Positions 12,301-25,864 of a stretch of 64,000 bases of DNA are shown piece after piece. The first letter of the stretch is position 1, and every line of letters starts with the position of its first letter. Below the pieces are notes generated by a model. It ran no database searches. It saw nothing but the letters and a program-made list of their open reading frames with translations, and was not told the origin of the DNA. This DNA is from Lepidodermella squamata (taxonomy: Eukaryota; Animalia; Gastrotricha), in contig JBLDXI010000009.1 of the NCBI GenBank assembly GCA_047495785.1, forward strand, positions 3,038,001 through 3,102,000, in the 5' to 3' direction. A program made the position numbers and the translations under genes.

Positions 12301-14317
12301 GCATCAAGGCAATGGGCAGTCTGATAAGATGTCTGCAACTGCGAGTGAAAACAGTGGCGAAGGAAGCAACTCAGCCGGTGACATGAACTCTAGACAGTCT
12401 GGGAGCGGGGGTAATGGAGGGCTTAGTAAATTACGCCAAACGACAAGTGACGCTATGGCTGTTGGATCCGGACCTGTGCTGATCTGGCCGCCCCACCAAC
12501 AGCCAGCTCCCGTTGTCACAATTGCGAATGCAAATTCTCAGGCTGTAACTTCCCCGCCTGGACCTTGGCCCATTCGACCGTGGACTCTGGCTCAACTTGA
12601 GGGCAAAAAAGTGATGAACGCAAAGGTGATTGCAAATAGAGATTTAAACTTAGCAAAAATGTGTTTTAGCCGGACCAGGCTCTTCCAGTGGTAAGCATTG
12701 GGAACCTGCTTTGCTAAATCTCTCAGCAAATACCTTTCCTAAAATATATTTTATGGTCTTATTTTAATTTAAACTTTGTACTTTACTTTCAACAGCGATC
12801 ATTTCAATTTGTAAGCCCAATGCAACCGACCGTTCGTACCACACCAAAGAAGCATTAGAAATCGTAGCAATTTTTCTTAGCGAGATTGATGTGTGGATCG
12901 TGGCGATTATTTTATAAAAATGCTGACAAGCGTACTTTTACTTTAATGTTATTGCCCCTGTCCAAGTGTTTCTGGACCGTTACTTTGCGCTATTGTGACC
13001 TTTATTTTGACATCTTGCATGGCTATTTAATAGATGCTTGTAGGGATCCCCGATAATTTGAAATGCATGTTTTGATTAGGAGTATGGGCTTTAGGCCCTT
13101 TCCCTTAGCTCATTATTACGGACTTGCGTTTTAAAGCGATTTTCCTCTGTTCCAAACAGGTATCCATTTTAACAAATTCAATCAAACCGGATGATTCCCC
13201 AACTGGCACGAATAATGCGATGCCTTTGGCCCTTCAACCGATGCAATCAAGCAGCAATAGCAACAGCAGCGGATCTCAGCCGAGCTCAGGAAACAGCGTG
13301 GAACACAAGCAGCAAATTAATCCGGTTTCTATCCCCCAAGCTAAGCCGCTTAAGGGTGGGCAGCCAAGGTACTCCCAGTCGACTCTAACCGCCCCGCTGG
13401 AAGTTCAGTCGTTGCTTCGCGACGAGTCGAAACTCGATGCGGAAATGCTAAATTCGGGCAGTAACCGAAAGGGAGGCACCAAGCAACATAACATGCTCAC
13501 TAAGAGTAGGATAGAGAAGACGCATCGGAAATCGAAGTTATCTCTACCGGTACCAATGCCTGCTACCTCTGCCTCTGATGTCTCCTCTGTCGTGAAAACA
13601 TTATTCTCGAATAACAAGGCTGATGACCGGCTATTCGGCAGTAACGGCGATTTGAGCACCTTACTTCAAGGAGCCGCGAGACGGAAAAACTCGAAAATCA
13701 AGCTACTTCCCATCGAGCAATCTGACAATAGCACCAACGCCAGTTCGAATAATTTGACGGAAATGGATCTCGTTGAATCTCGAAGGTCATCATTCCTCTC
13801 GCTCTCAGTTCGGCCGCGAACGTCCAACATGCCTCGGCCGAGCGGTACTACGGCAGTTAGCAGTCAAGCCATGGTTTTATCCTCACTCCACTTAGCAAAT
13901 TTAGTCCCCTTCAGCCAGCCTTCCCCATCTAAGTTGTCAGCTCATCAGAATTTCTCACCCAGCGATTCGCAGCCGGTGTCCTCAATGAAGCATTCGTCTT
14001 CGGTATCTTCTGTCCTCGGCGGCCACGTAGGAAGCAATAACGGCCTGCCAATGATCTCGCGAGCCGGTGAAGGAACCAGGAATTTTCTTCTGCCCAAGAA
14101 CTGGTCCTCGTCCGATATGATTGCTCAGTTGGACGAGGAGAACAATAAGGGAACGAATGCAAGCTCCAAGTATCTGTCCCTCAATGTTCAAATCAATACT
14201 GGCAATGGAGACTCTGCCATTCCAGTTACAGGCTTGAAACCAGAAGGTTCCCCAAGGCCTAAACTTCTCGTTAACCATGCGAACAGCAACTACGGAGAAT
14301 CTTCGAGGATAACTTAA
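9367..14317 (+). CDS. Large multi-exon hypothetical protein, mostly low-complexity/disordered (Ser/Pro/Gln-rich); probably one gene
   Basis: Phase-compatible GT-AG chain: 9367-10667, 10715-10798, 11387-11659, 11715-11856, 11910-12625, 12670-12690, (12796-12810), 13160-14317. AATAAA at ~14438. No recognisable domain. The join across 10799-11386 is inferred; the first part could instead stop at TAA 10800-10802. Confidence 0.5.
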
Positions 14318-14514
14318 GTTTAGGCATCTGCCCAATGTTTGTCGTCCTGATCTCCAACATTTTAGAACACGGCGTACGGTGCTCTCCAGCTTGCATCTTT
14401 ATTATAAGAATATTTTTTTCATTTAACGAAAGATATTAATAAAATCAATGGAAATTCTCTAATAAAATGATTATCTCAAAGGCGTGATTTGCTTTGCGTA
14501 AAAATAGCCAAGTT

Positions 14515-16316
14515 TCATACGCTAGACTGGCTTGACGACAGCCTAGGCGCTAATCTTGTTGCTCTTTCGGACTTCTCCGGCCGAACGCCGCGACCTCTTC
14601 CACCGGAGAATAGAAATCGCCTCAAGCCAGATGCTTGACCAACAGTTATTGGACCAGATACGCTGCCTGATGAAGGACCTGGCGAAGAGGCTTCACCATG
14701 TCCCAAACTGTCGCCCATGGAGTGTCCGTGATGCCGCACATTCTTATTTCGGCCTTGCTGCACATGTTCTCTCAATCTATTAAAACATTTTTTTAAATTA
14801 TCGGTTAAAGCAATGAAATTATGAAGCGAAAAAAGATCGAACTTAAAATGGGTATAGCCATGCTAATTTCAATTCATTGCAACAATCAAAAGGGTCAATT
14901 GAAATTGAAGTGAAGTCTACAATGAGAAGAATTCCTGCACATATACGTCGAGAGAGTAGTGAATCATTTTAGGATTTACAGTGTAACTAAAAACAAATTC
15001 GAAATCTTAATAGGACTATCACGTGACTCTTCAACTAAATACATAGAGTTATTTTACGTTTAGGTTTGAATCCGTTTTACCAATAGAGTCATCATCTACA
15101 TCGATGTTAGATCGATTGGCGTCATCGGCTTGATCTTCAGGTGAGCTGCTGTTGGGAAATCTTTAGGTTTAATATCTATTGCTGAATGAAAATTTTCTGG
15201 GCCGTAAAACTTCCCGATTTACATCCCAAATAATTAATAATGTAAGGATTGCTTCGAAAACGTTAGTGTTAATTACAATTTGGATAAAATCAATTTTAAG
15301 CCGAGCTTGTTAAATGCAAAACATACTGTTCACTATACGTTGCGGCTAACTTTTGAAGGCGCTCGTTTGTAGGATCAGCTTTTTGAAGTTTCATCGCTGA
15401 AATATCGGAATTAATCACATTTCAATCCTTTTCGCGCCTTCAAACCTTTGACTGAACGGTAGAAGTCCTGCAAGACTGAATTAATCCGTTTTTGAGAAGG
15501 GCTATTGCCTGAAAGAGTAGAGGGAGGTATTGACAGCATAGTTGAAGAAGGACTCGCGGGCCATTGTCCTGTTACTGCAGATTCAGGAGACATTGGCGTT
15601 TTCGGATAAAATAATTCGTCCTCCATTGTCGGTGATAAGAATTCGTCTTCATCAATTTCGCAAGTGGCGAGCTCCGGCTCGCCCTCCTGCCTTGGCCTGG
15701 GAATTCTCACACTGCTGGACCTTCGCCGATGCGACTCAGCAGCAGTAACCGGGAGCGAGAAGAATCGCGGAACCTTACTATTTCCATCGCCACTACTGTC
15801 AGTGAATACACTTGACGTGAGAGGCTGAAACTCGTCGAGACGACCTTGACTACCAGCGACTTCGTCCTCAAAGGAGACAACAGGCCGACTCTTCATATCA
15901 GCCAAGGCCAGTCGATTTCGAAAGGCTGGGCTCGGACTCGGGCTGCTTTCCGCGTCTGTGCCACCGTCTGCACCGGATTCGTTGGCTTGACGCGCTATAA
16001 TTTTCGCGAAGTCATCCGCCATATTTGAGATTGGTACGGTTAATGACCCCTCTGACGCTCTGCTTGTCGATGACGCTCGTGCGGCGTCTGAGCCACAGGC
16101 CATGAGGGGTGACTGCTGATAACTGTATATATAATTCCTATGCTGAACTTCGCAGAAACCGGGAGCTTCCAGCCAAATGGATTTGTAGCTGTGTTTCAAG
16201 AAGCGAATTCTTATCGAATCTGCATTCCGAATGTGAGCACAAAGAGATACAATGAGACAAAGAACGACCGCGGACAGGCAGACGGCACCTATTAGGGGAA
16301 TGTAGAGTAGGTCCAT
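14515..16316 (-). CDS. Hypothetical single-pass membrane protein with a long Ser/Pro-rich cytoplasmic tail
   Basis: ATG 16316 is followed by hydrophobic MDLLYIPLIGAVCLSAVVLCLIVSLC. Long exon to 15446, then phase-compatible exons 15396-15339 and 15160-15081. The link to an exon-like segment 14776-14515 is unresolved. Confidence 0.45.
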
Positions 16317-18211
16317 GTCAAAAGCCGTCCCACGCTGTGAGGAGCTGCTGGTCGTGTTTTTCACGCGCGAGACCACTTGCTGTCGGATGCATGCGATCGA
16401 TGACGCGGTATAATTATTCTGATGCACCTGATGCGGTATCTTTGACTGGAGCGCTAATGCATGGCGAACACCATGGTCAAATTAGCGCACGGTATGAGAG
16501 GCGGGCTGGTATAATAAAACTGTTAAGGTACCCACAAATAGTGGTCAATCTTCTTTCAGCAGCTATTTTTCATATTAGTCAGATTTCTAACATATTATAC
16601 AGACTCTATACATGTGAGATACAGAAAAAAACCTCAATGCAAACAAATGAGGCAGTTTTTGCGCTGATTTCGCGCAGTAATTTCTTGGCTATACTGACGA
16701 TCAAGCGCGCGGCACGAGTTATTACTCCTCAATAAGCATGCGCGGAAGGTACGGCAGTTGTATACCTTGCTCTATTCAGGTTAACAAAAAGACCAATACA
16801 CTTTGCTTACATTATGGTAGCGTTGAAATGTAAGCAAACATATTAGCGGAGTCTACGGACCTTTTAAACGCTTTCCACCTCGCGCTCTATTGTGTTCACC
16901 CAACCAAGACGTTGTCTTGTAGCGAGGTGGGCTACAGCGTAAAAAATGCGCCGCCGCAGGCATTCTTTTTGTCGAAAAAAATGAAAAAGAAAATAAATAA
17001 AAGGTGTAACTGAGGGGGCGCTCCTGCGTAGTTTGGCGCGCATTCCTACAGATAGGCGCGAACGCTGCCTCTGTCAAGTTGTAATTACAACGCCTTCGGA
17101 TGTAGAGAATTTATCATGGGAACAGGTAATGACTCAGGTGGCATTCGGCGGAGGGATTTGAATTGACAATATTACCGAACACTGAGTTGATAATGAGATT
17201 GAGGCAAAAGCGAAAGTACTAGTTTACATGATTGATTATTTTCAGATTAAATAACATTAACCCCACTGTAATGGCTAGACTTCATCCCTTTTGCTGCTGT
17301 ACTGAAAGCAGCGGTGGCGAGCTATGGGAATTCTGTGCATCAACTACGCGTGAAATAGATATGGGCGCGACGAGAGTACATCGTCGCGATAATGATTTGT
17401 ATTATGGAGTGACATTTGTAATACATCGGAACCATATTAGCCAGGCCGCATTACCGATATTTCGATTGGGATAGCATAAAGCACTTGTTGATGCTTAGAT
17501 ATAATTTACCGCTCCCGTATGTAAAAATAAAAATTCATTAAATTATTTCTCGCACCAGCGCGTTTAGCATATTGTTGAAAATCGACAAGCTGAAATAAGT
17601 ATTGCTTAAATGGCTTGAAATAGCAGGAGAAAATATCGGGTCTTTGCGCGCGCAGCAAACAACACAGCAATTCGATGTCCAAACCAGGAAATTAAACAAA
17701 AGAACTATTGCTACAACCAAAATTTCTGCCGCAAAATTTATAATGAAGCAATCTGCTCGTTGCATGTGTCGGAAATTATATTTACTCATTGATGTGGCGA
17801 CTACAAAAGGCGTGCGGCATTCTAATTTAGCCAATTCTGGAGTTGCTAACATAAGGGAGACATGTTAACATGGTTGTTTCCTTGTCCTTTATGCTGTAAA
17901 TGGGTTAAATCCGACATGGAGTTGTACTGCATTGCCTTGGCGCGGATTTTTCGCGCTAGCATTCTAATTAATCGCTGGAAATCAGCTGATACCTATTCCA
18001 ATGTAGGTGTTACTGGCATCGGTGGGGTGGAATTCATGTGATGGTTTCGACGTGGGAAGATCAAAATGTTAAAACCTCACGTAAACCACTGGCAATAATA
18101 TCACAGAACGGACAGCGGACAATAACGCTCTTCGCATCGAAACACGGAACACTAATTATGATGAGATGCATATCCGAAAAATGAGGCATTTTTGTGGGTG
18201 AACCAAACCCT

Positions 18212-18244
18212 TGCTTTATGCTTTATGCTTTATGCTTTTATGCT
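18212..18244. repeat. (TGCTTTA)n heptamer tandem repeat, ~4.5 copies
   Basis: Read directly: tgctttatgctttatgctttatgcttttatgct. Confidence 0.8.
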
Positions 18245-18315
18245 AAGCCTGAGCTGTGGATATGATACATTGCGAGTGGGGAAGCGTTGAAAGTGAACTC
18301 GCAATGCGCCTATTT

Positions 18316-18564
18316 TTATTGAAAGTGAACTCTCCCCATGATATCACTTATTGAACGTGAAGTCTCCACGCTAAATACGCTCGACCCTTCCATGGAGAGT
18401 ATACTTTCGGTGTAAAATACGTCAATAGCGTCGTAGCCAAAAACACGTTTGGTGATCGCCCGCAAATATCGCTGTCTCGACCCTGTATCAGCGATTTTAT
18501 GAGGGAAATCGCTCAATATTTCGCATTTAACGTATTCCGTGGCTTTTTTCGATTGTGCAGTCAT
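18316..18564 (-). CDS. Small hypothetical protein with weak Rpp14/Pop5-like resemblance
   Basis: ATG-initiated 82-aa ORF. EYVKCEI...LRAITKRVFG...IL loosely resembles RNase P Rpp14/Pop5 N-terminal spacing. The C-terminus is not resolved. Confidence 0.2.
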   Translation of the reverse strand: MTAQSKKATEYVKCEILSDFPHKIADTGSRQRYLRAITKRVFGYDAIDVFYTESILSMEGSSVFSVETSRSISDIMGRVHFQ

Positions 18565-19939
18565 ATATTTGCAGATTTGAAAATTTCAGATACCTACGTC
18601 AAAATTCAAATTGCAAATTACACTTTTCCCGGAAACGTTTTGCCGTGGCACTGTAACGATTGGTGTTACGGCGGCTTCCCGTTCATGACTAATCTTGGTG
18701 ATCACAGCTATGGTTATTCATCTTATTAATCATGACCGGGAAGCCGCCGTAACACCAATCGTTACAGGCACAGTAATAATTTGCCGCAATTTCTTTTCAA
18801 CTGCTGTTATCCAATTCACCAAAGATGCAAAGAAAGAGCTCCGGAATTTATTAAACCGATTTGTCGATGGATGGTTTACTGCTCCAGTTTCATTTCGATC
18901 GGAAATGAATCGTGACCGCTGTCTTAATGTCGAGGCGTTAGCCTAAAAGCTAAAACCTTGGCTATTTTTGACTTCCGTTTACTTTTTGGCGCTTGAAGGA
19001 CACAGCGATCGCAAACTTCACGGCATAAATTCTCCAGTTGATAGGCTCTTGTAATTAGTGATTAGTGTCAGTCTCGGTAAATAAATTGCGAGATGAAATC
19101 ATTTTTCGCAGAAAAGGTCATATTTTTCAAATATTAAATAGATTTTGGACAAAAATGTGAGCTTTACGAGTTGTCCTGTTGGCCCCTTGGAAATAGCATC
19201 ATAAAAATTGTTCAAAGAAGTTTGGCTTCGTGCAACTACCGGTACTGAAACATGAACGAACCTTCATTTTGCAAGGTTCAAGCATGAATCACAGTCTCAA
19301 AATAGCTATACCATAGCGCTATTCCCAGCTTTATTTCCTGGAACAGACGTTACTTCGGGCGCCTCGAAACTGAAAGCTGATCTCGCAGCTTTTACAGGGG
19401 TAGTTTCTGAATATTCTCCAATGAAGATTTGTCTAGCCAAAATATAGGCGATAACTTTATATACAGGTGAAAATCCCGGAAAATAAATTTCATCCGGCGA
19501 ATTTCCGAAATGATCCTCCTGCATGCAGAATTCACAGGGCTCATATGCAGTTAGCGGATGCGTAAATCGGCGATTAGTGAGCTTTTAACTTGTCCTAGGC
19601 TCCGCGCTGCATATAATCAACGTGCGAAAGGTGCGGTTTAAGTAGACTCATAGGCGCAAATTGCTGAGATTAATATCGATTTTTTATATATAGATAGCGA
19701 CGCGCATCTTATATTAGCGCGTCATTTAACACGTTGCGCACGTTCGGCTCATAATAATGTCAGTAATAATAACGCATTTCACGGATCTGTTCGATATTTT
19801 CAACAAACTTCACCTCTAGACCACAACAAAATTAATAAAACGTCTCTCCCACATAGATCCACAGTATAAGAACACTGTTTTTTGTGGCTGCAAGAGACAT
19901 TTTTCAATTAGCTTTAATAGACGCAAACTGCATCTGTTC

Positions 19940-22548
19940 ATGAAATTACTGGAAGGCCCTAAGAAGGGCTTCGTCATCGTCGACTATTTCCTACTCCTCG
20001 CGGCAGTGACTGGCAACTGCCTGGTATTGGATAGTATCTCAAAATTACGCTTTGGCCTAACTGGTTATCGCCATTTTCTCATCTCCCTTCTCGGTTCTGA
20101 TCTCTTCATTTGCGGGGTAAAATTTATAAAAAATTATCTCAAATTTGAATTTTAAACGATAACCAAAATACAGGTGAATTTGATATCTTTCGTCTATCAA
20201 GCAGCTTCAATGTACACTGCTAAAAATGACTTCGCGAAACTTGGCGCTGATATCATCCGAAGTCTTCAACTAACCGGTTTTGTAGGTAAGGAATACATGA
20301 GTAACGCTTATTTCTCTATCATTAATCGCTTCGATTTCGTAGCTAATCTGCTTAATCTTAGCGGCATGAGCCTGGATCACTACATCGGCATAGTAAGCGA
20401 TTCAAAAATATTGAATTTTAAATGTAATTCAATGTTGAAATTGCTTGCAGATCAATCCTCTGCGATACAATCAACTGTTGTCGAAGAAAGCCGTTCGCAT
20501 CGGGGTTGCAATGATTTGGATAGTTTCTTTCACGCTCGGCTTCGCTGACTTCACGATATCGATAGTTCAAGACATCCTAGCGACTAAATGGCGGCATAGG
20601 ATGATTTCAGACACCCTATCATTGGACTCTTTCAATGGATCAGGCGGCACCAATGAAACAATCAGTTCAATACTCGCGTTGATCAAGCTGTTCACGGACA
20701 AAAGTGGAATGGTTGGCAGCACAGAGCCGCCTCTTGATTATGACGAGGCGTATTCGTTCAACTCAAGTGAGTTCATTGCGTAGTACAACTATTTGGCACA
20801 AACATGCGTCTGCTAATTAGGTTCGTCACATGAAGAGCCGTTCGACCTGCAAATGCCTGACAGCAGCCAAGAAGATATGGCAGGCGATCAAAGTAAAGAA
20901 ATGCTCGCAATGCTGCTCGCTCTACTTGAGGAGCTGCTAAAGTCATCGAATAGGTATCGTTAGTTAATTTATCGAGAAACATACCTAATTGATTGAGTGA
21001 AGCAGCTCATCCACGCCGGACGGTGGCGAGATTCTTGATTACCTACTCCCGCCAGATGGAAACGAAACTACGGTTCTCGACCAGCAGGCCATCCTTGAAC
21101 AAATAATTGCTATGTTAGCCGCTAGAAAAGACGGCAAAAGTAAGGCAAGTTATGCAAAAGGAGCAAACAAAGTAAATTTATATATACTATAACTTGACAT
21201 TTTGTTCACTGAGTCACGTGTTTTTCCAGGTCTGGCTTGAATTTGCCGTCATGTCACTCACCCTGAGTTGCGCCATCTTCCTCAGCTTTTGCTACGGCAG
21301 AATATTCCGAGAAGTAGGTCAAATTGTCAATATTCCAATTTGCTTACATCCTGTTTCATTCAGGTTTCAATCAGAATGGGAGGATCCCCTGGGACAAACA
21401 CGAGGCGTGTCGTGATTACAACTTTCCTAATGCTTGGATCTTTCACAATTTGGTGAGAATTTGTAGTAATCCTTTATGACATTTATCGTGGATTTTGTAG
21501 CTGGCTTCCATTTATGAGCTTTGAGCTCATTATGATCTACGAAATTCGTACACAAGCCATGGATTTAATACAATCAACCAGCTTTTTCGCTATTCATAAT
21601 GCGGTATGTTTTAGCGAGATTATCGTTCTCGTCATCGATTAATTGAGACGTTTTTCTTTTTACAGTTCAACACTTTGCTGATGTGCTCGCCACTTTTAGA
21701 TCCGATCATTTACGCGTGGCGCATGCGTGTTGTTCGCAGGTTTGTCAAACTTCCGATATAGCTCTGGCGTTCAGATTGCGAGCTAATCACGGGTTATATT
21801 TAGATACATCCTTGTGCGATATTTTCGGTGCTTTCCTTGCACTCGTGATATCGCGGACCGCGTTCGAAGCCGAAGCAGCTTTATTTCCTTCGTAATGACC
21901 GGCAGTCAAACGGCGCGCAGTTCGAGCTCCCGAAGCAGCTTTTACATCCAGGCAAGAAACGTGCTGAGCGGTGTCTATTTCGAGCGTGGTTCTTCGTTAA
22001 AACGCAGTAACTATGAATCATGTCTACGCAGATCTCGTTTTTTACGCGAAGGCATTGCCACTACAGGTAGAACAGCCAGCGCCGGAAATGGATGCCTACG
22101 CCCGATAAACGATGCTCCGGTTTTCCACAGTTTCGACCTGAGTTCAGTGTGCCGATTCATAGATGACCCTGATAGCGACGTTGAAGAGCCGCAGAAAAGC
22201 AGAATTGTCGGACGGACAATTTTAGCGAATCAACAGCTGCATAACAACCAGAAGCCGCACTTCGGCAATTTCCTGTCGGTGCCAGGTCGGGGCAGAGAAG
22301 ATGAGGAGCTGCTTCTACCCCCAGCTTCAGTACAGCGATGCCTGACTCCTCCGCCGAGGAACGTCGGAAGCTTCCTACCGACATCCCCCTTGACCCCGAT
22401 GTATTCGTCCCGCCGATCATTACAACCGAAATTTCCTGACAGCGATTCTGTCCTGGCGCATTTTCGAGTTAATTCTTTCCGCCTGTTGGGTGCGGGGGCC
22501 TACGGGCAGAGTTCGGTGACGCTGAATTGTCCGACAATAAACCATTAA
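19940..22548 (+). CDS. Orphan class A (rhodopsin-like) GPCR, array member G1
   Basis: Multi-exon: LEGPKKGFVIVDY, GNCLVL (TM1), GYRHFLISLLGSDL (TM2), NLSGMSLDHYIGI/INPLRY (TM3), IWIVS (TM4), WLEFAV..CYGRIFREV (TM5), CWLPF (TM6), SPLLDPIIYAWRM (TM7), long C-tail. Confidence 0.88.
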
Positions 22549-22829
22549 CTGTTTTTCTTGCTTGAATACGCAAAATAAAAACATATTTATTTATCCTGTA
22601 ATAATCCAAATTGAAACGGGATTTGAATTATGGCTCACGATGTCCACTAATCCCGTGTGATCTGCAAGTCCAGTAGTTCTTAGTAATCAGATACGGAGGT
22701 GTAAATAATCACCGCGATGATCAATCATACGCAGCGTTGTTGCCTAATACCGTGGGGGCGCTATATCGTGAGCTTATGGCTCAGTGCCCGCCGTTGCCGT
22801 GACTAAGCACCTTGGAGATCGCAGCACCT

Positions 22830-22836
22830 TATAAAA
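22830..22836 (+). promoter_or_regulatory. TATA box candidate for secreted-protein gene P1
   Basis: TATAAAA starts 66 bp upstream of ATG 22896. Confidence 0.4.
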
Positions 22837-22895
22837 CACGATGGTTTTAGACCTACCTCACCGCTATTCGTAGTAGCTCTAGGAAAATTTGCAAC

Positions 22896-23374
22896 ATGCC
22901 GAAGCAAGCTCAATATTTGATCGTCTTTGTTAGTCTGTGCTTTACATCAGCTAGCTCAAACCTTTTTAGCTCAAGTTATCCATCTCAGCCCCTCGGCTTG
23001 ACGTCCTCTTTGACTAAGAATGCGATCAATGCTAACAGCCGTCCATTAACGATTATGGAGAGACAAATGACCAACTTAGTTAAAGCCCTAGCGACTAGGA
23101 ACGCTGCTTCATCGTCAGCAGAAAAATTCGCCAACAAGCTTGCCGAGGTATCCAGCCGGTTGTGTGTAGCATGCTTCTCTGTAAGTTTTTTCAAGCAAAT
23201 CAACGATCGCATCACTTTCAAATGTGTTATCCACAGGGAAATACTGCAAAGCTTCTTCATTGCCTGAGTCAACCACCTATGGGAGGCAGGGTCAGAATAA
23301 TAAAATTACGCTGCCCCGTGAAATCCAGACAACTTGCTGATAAAGTCTCCAATTGGCTTACTCAAGTGAATTAA
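22896..23374 (+). CDS. Secreted 4-Cys precursor P1 (140 aa), unrecognised family
   Basis: Exons 22896-23180 and 23237-23374 (intron GTAAGT...CACAG). Signal-peptide-like MPKQAQYLIVFVSLCFTSASS. C-terminal KLAEVSSRLCVACFS/GNTAKLLHCLSQPPMGGRVRIIKLRCPVKSRQLADKVSNWLTQVN*. AATAAA at the stop. Homologous to P2. Confidence 0.8.
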
Positions 23375-23731
23375 ATAAAAAATCATACTAGTTAATGATA
23401 AATTCTTCCAACTTTTATATCGCGGTGAATCAAGTACCTTGACTGAATTTACGGTTGCGCACCGCGAGCTGAATGATGAAAGCTCTTTGTGCGGGAAAAA
23501 CACTCAAAGGGCGCGATTTTGAGCCTAATTAAACGTGATAATCGATAAAAGCATCCGAATAAATCAAGTGATTGTTGCGGAGAAATAGTGAGCCGCCGCT
23601 TTCCTAAAAAGCTCACATTCACACACATCAGTGCTTCTTTTTTCAAAAGCTACATATCCCATATTGACTCTACAGGTTAAGTGTGAAATGCTCGATTAGA
23701 GAAAGTTTTCATTTCTACATGTCCGCTTACG

Positions 23732-25864
23732 ATGTTTCTGAGTTCTTTCAAATTCGTCTACGATGTGGTTGTTTCTGCTGCCTCGATACTTCTGAATGGC
23801 CTCGTGGTCGCCAGTGTGTGGAGCTCAAACTTTGAGCCGAAAGGATACAGAAAATTCCTGATCTGCCTCGCCTTCTCGGATCTTTACATTGCCAGTGTGA
23901 ACCTCGGCTATTTGGTACATCAAAACTACCTGCTAGAAATGTACATTGCCGGCGAAATTCGAACTTGGGATTTGCAGTATATTTTTCGAAATCTCCAGCT
24001 TACTGGATTCTTGGTTTGAATCACGATTGGGGATCAACTAAGATTTTTGTGATATTATTTTGATTAGGCCAACCTCCTGTCCCTTGTGGCAATGTCGACT
24101 GATCACTTCATTGGAATAGTAAGCAATTATCAGAGAACAGCCTCCTTTAACTCAGGTCTCGTTTTTTTAGATGTATCCCCTTCACTACAACACGGTAGGA
24201 TTCTTAAAATCCCTGCCAAAATATATGAGAAAGATCTATTTTACAGTACCTTCGTGGTCGGACTTGTAAAATCGTTATTGCCATGATCTGGGTCTCAGCA
24301 TTCGTCATCGGTTTGTTTATTAGAGATGACAGCTAATTTGCGAAAAATGTGACATTTTCAGGTTTCTGCGACGTTTTCATTCACGCCGTATCGGGTGGTT
24401 TGCAACTTAATTGTTTTCCTGATATCTCCTCGGAATACGTCGCTAAATTCGGAGAGGATGATTGGGAAGTGTTCTTTCGCGAATCTGAAGCTGAAACCAC
24501 TCCTGGTCTTTCGAAGAAAGAAAATACCAGCTTCATTTCCTTGCTCAATACTTCACTATCAAGCTTCAGCCGAACAGTTTCAACTCCAAGGTCACGGAAC
24601 GCAACCTCAACGCCGAGGAGGTTTGACTTGAATTTGAGTGAATTAATTCAGTCTTTAGTCGATGGAAACTTATCCAACACCGAGAGGGTTGATGTCAATG
24701 GGAGCATCATGCCCGCTGAATTGAAAAACCGCATAAACAAAGTTATGCAGATTTTCAAGCCGAAACCTGCCGAGAATGTGACATGCGCAGATAACAGGAA
24801 GGAGCAGCAACCGTATACCCTTGAATTCGCGGTAATTGCGATGACAGTGATGTGTCTAGCCTTCCTCATCGTTTGCTACGGTCGAGTGTTTAAAGAGGTG
24901 ATTTATGAAATTCGCGCTTGCATACTTGCATAAAATTTGATTTGATTATAGGTATTTCGAAACCATCCTTCAATCAGGAGTTTGAGGAAGCTAGTACTCA
25001 CAACGTGCCTCCTACTCGGTGCTTTCAGCATATGGTTTGTTTGACCATCAGTTTTGAGATATATTGATCACCTTTTTTATTCAGTTGGTTGCCTTTCATG
25101 AGCTTTGAGTTCTTCATGTTCCTAAGCCTGGTTAATCAAGTGGGTTCTCAGAACGAGCCGTCAACATCTCAGTTTGTTGAAGCTTGATGTCATTTCATGT
25201 TAAATAAGAATGATTTATTATGGCAGTTTTCTCTCTGTCCACGGCATTTTCCACAGTTTATTGATGTCAGCACCGTTACTTGACCCACTAATATACTCGG
25301 CAAGGTTGCGCACCATACAAAGGTGAGACTTTCATAGAAATTCTCCAATTCTGAGACATTTTTGAGATTTTTAGACAAATACTGCTGCGATTGGCTTGTA
25401 TACTGCCTTGCTGGGAAAAAATGATCCGGCTCGGAGCTATGACTCGTACTTCTCTCCATATGACTTTCTCAGTCACGTCGATCAAAAACCTAGTAGCCCG
25501 CGATAACCTTCCGAATTCAAAGTCATTTGACGTTGATATTGACGATGGCTTCATCGATGATGGTGATGCATTGGAAGTCAGTGCGGTCGATGCTCCATCA
25601 ACTCAGCGTAACTCAAGCTTAGCTAATAGCCCGCGTGGTTTCTACGAAGTAGCTGTTGTCGAGCCTCACATTCCTGACCACGAATTACCGCCGGCTATTT
25701 ACCGAAAGTGTAGCCGTTTCATGCTGATGTTTGACGGCGTGCACTCACTTGAATCTTTCACAAGCGCGCTTAGCCACCGAGATGCAGTTTACAAGCCGCC
25801 TCCTACCAGACGGGGATTCCATTTCGGTGATAATCACAGAAGAAGAGAATCGTTTTGTCATTAA
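23732..25864 (+). CDS. Orphan class A GPCR, G2
   Basis: The spliced model stays in frame: NGLVV, GYRKFLICLAFSDL, SLVAMSTDHFIGI/MYPLHY, LEFAV..CYGRVFKE, CWLPF, APLLDPLIYSARL. Confidence 0.86.

Noticed and set aside
21145-21150. GC-AG donor (AAG|GCAAGT) in G1
   Set aside because: A canonical in-phase GT donor at 21172 gives a typical 58-bp intron and restores paralogue spacing.
22985-23272. Minus-strand 95-aa ORF and the unspliced 123-aa ORF over P1
   Set aside because: The first is an antisense shadow. The unspliced tail VSFFKQ... is intron read-through, whereas the spliced form aligns with P2.
23160-23320. P1/P2 as CHH/ITP, saposin or thioredoxin-like CxxC proteins
   Set aside because: The domain has only four Cys with different spacing and no thioredoxin-fold context; left unassigned pending a profile search.
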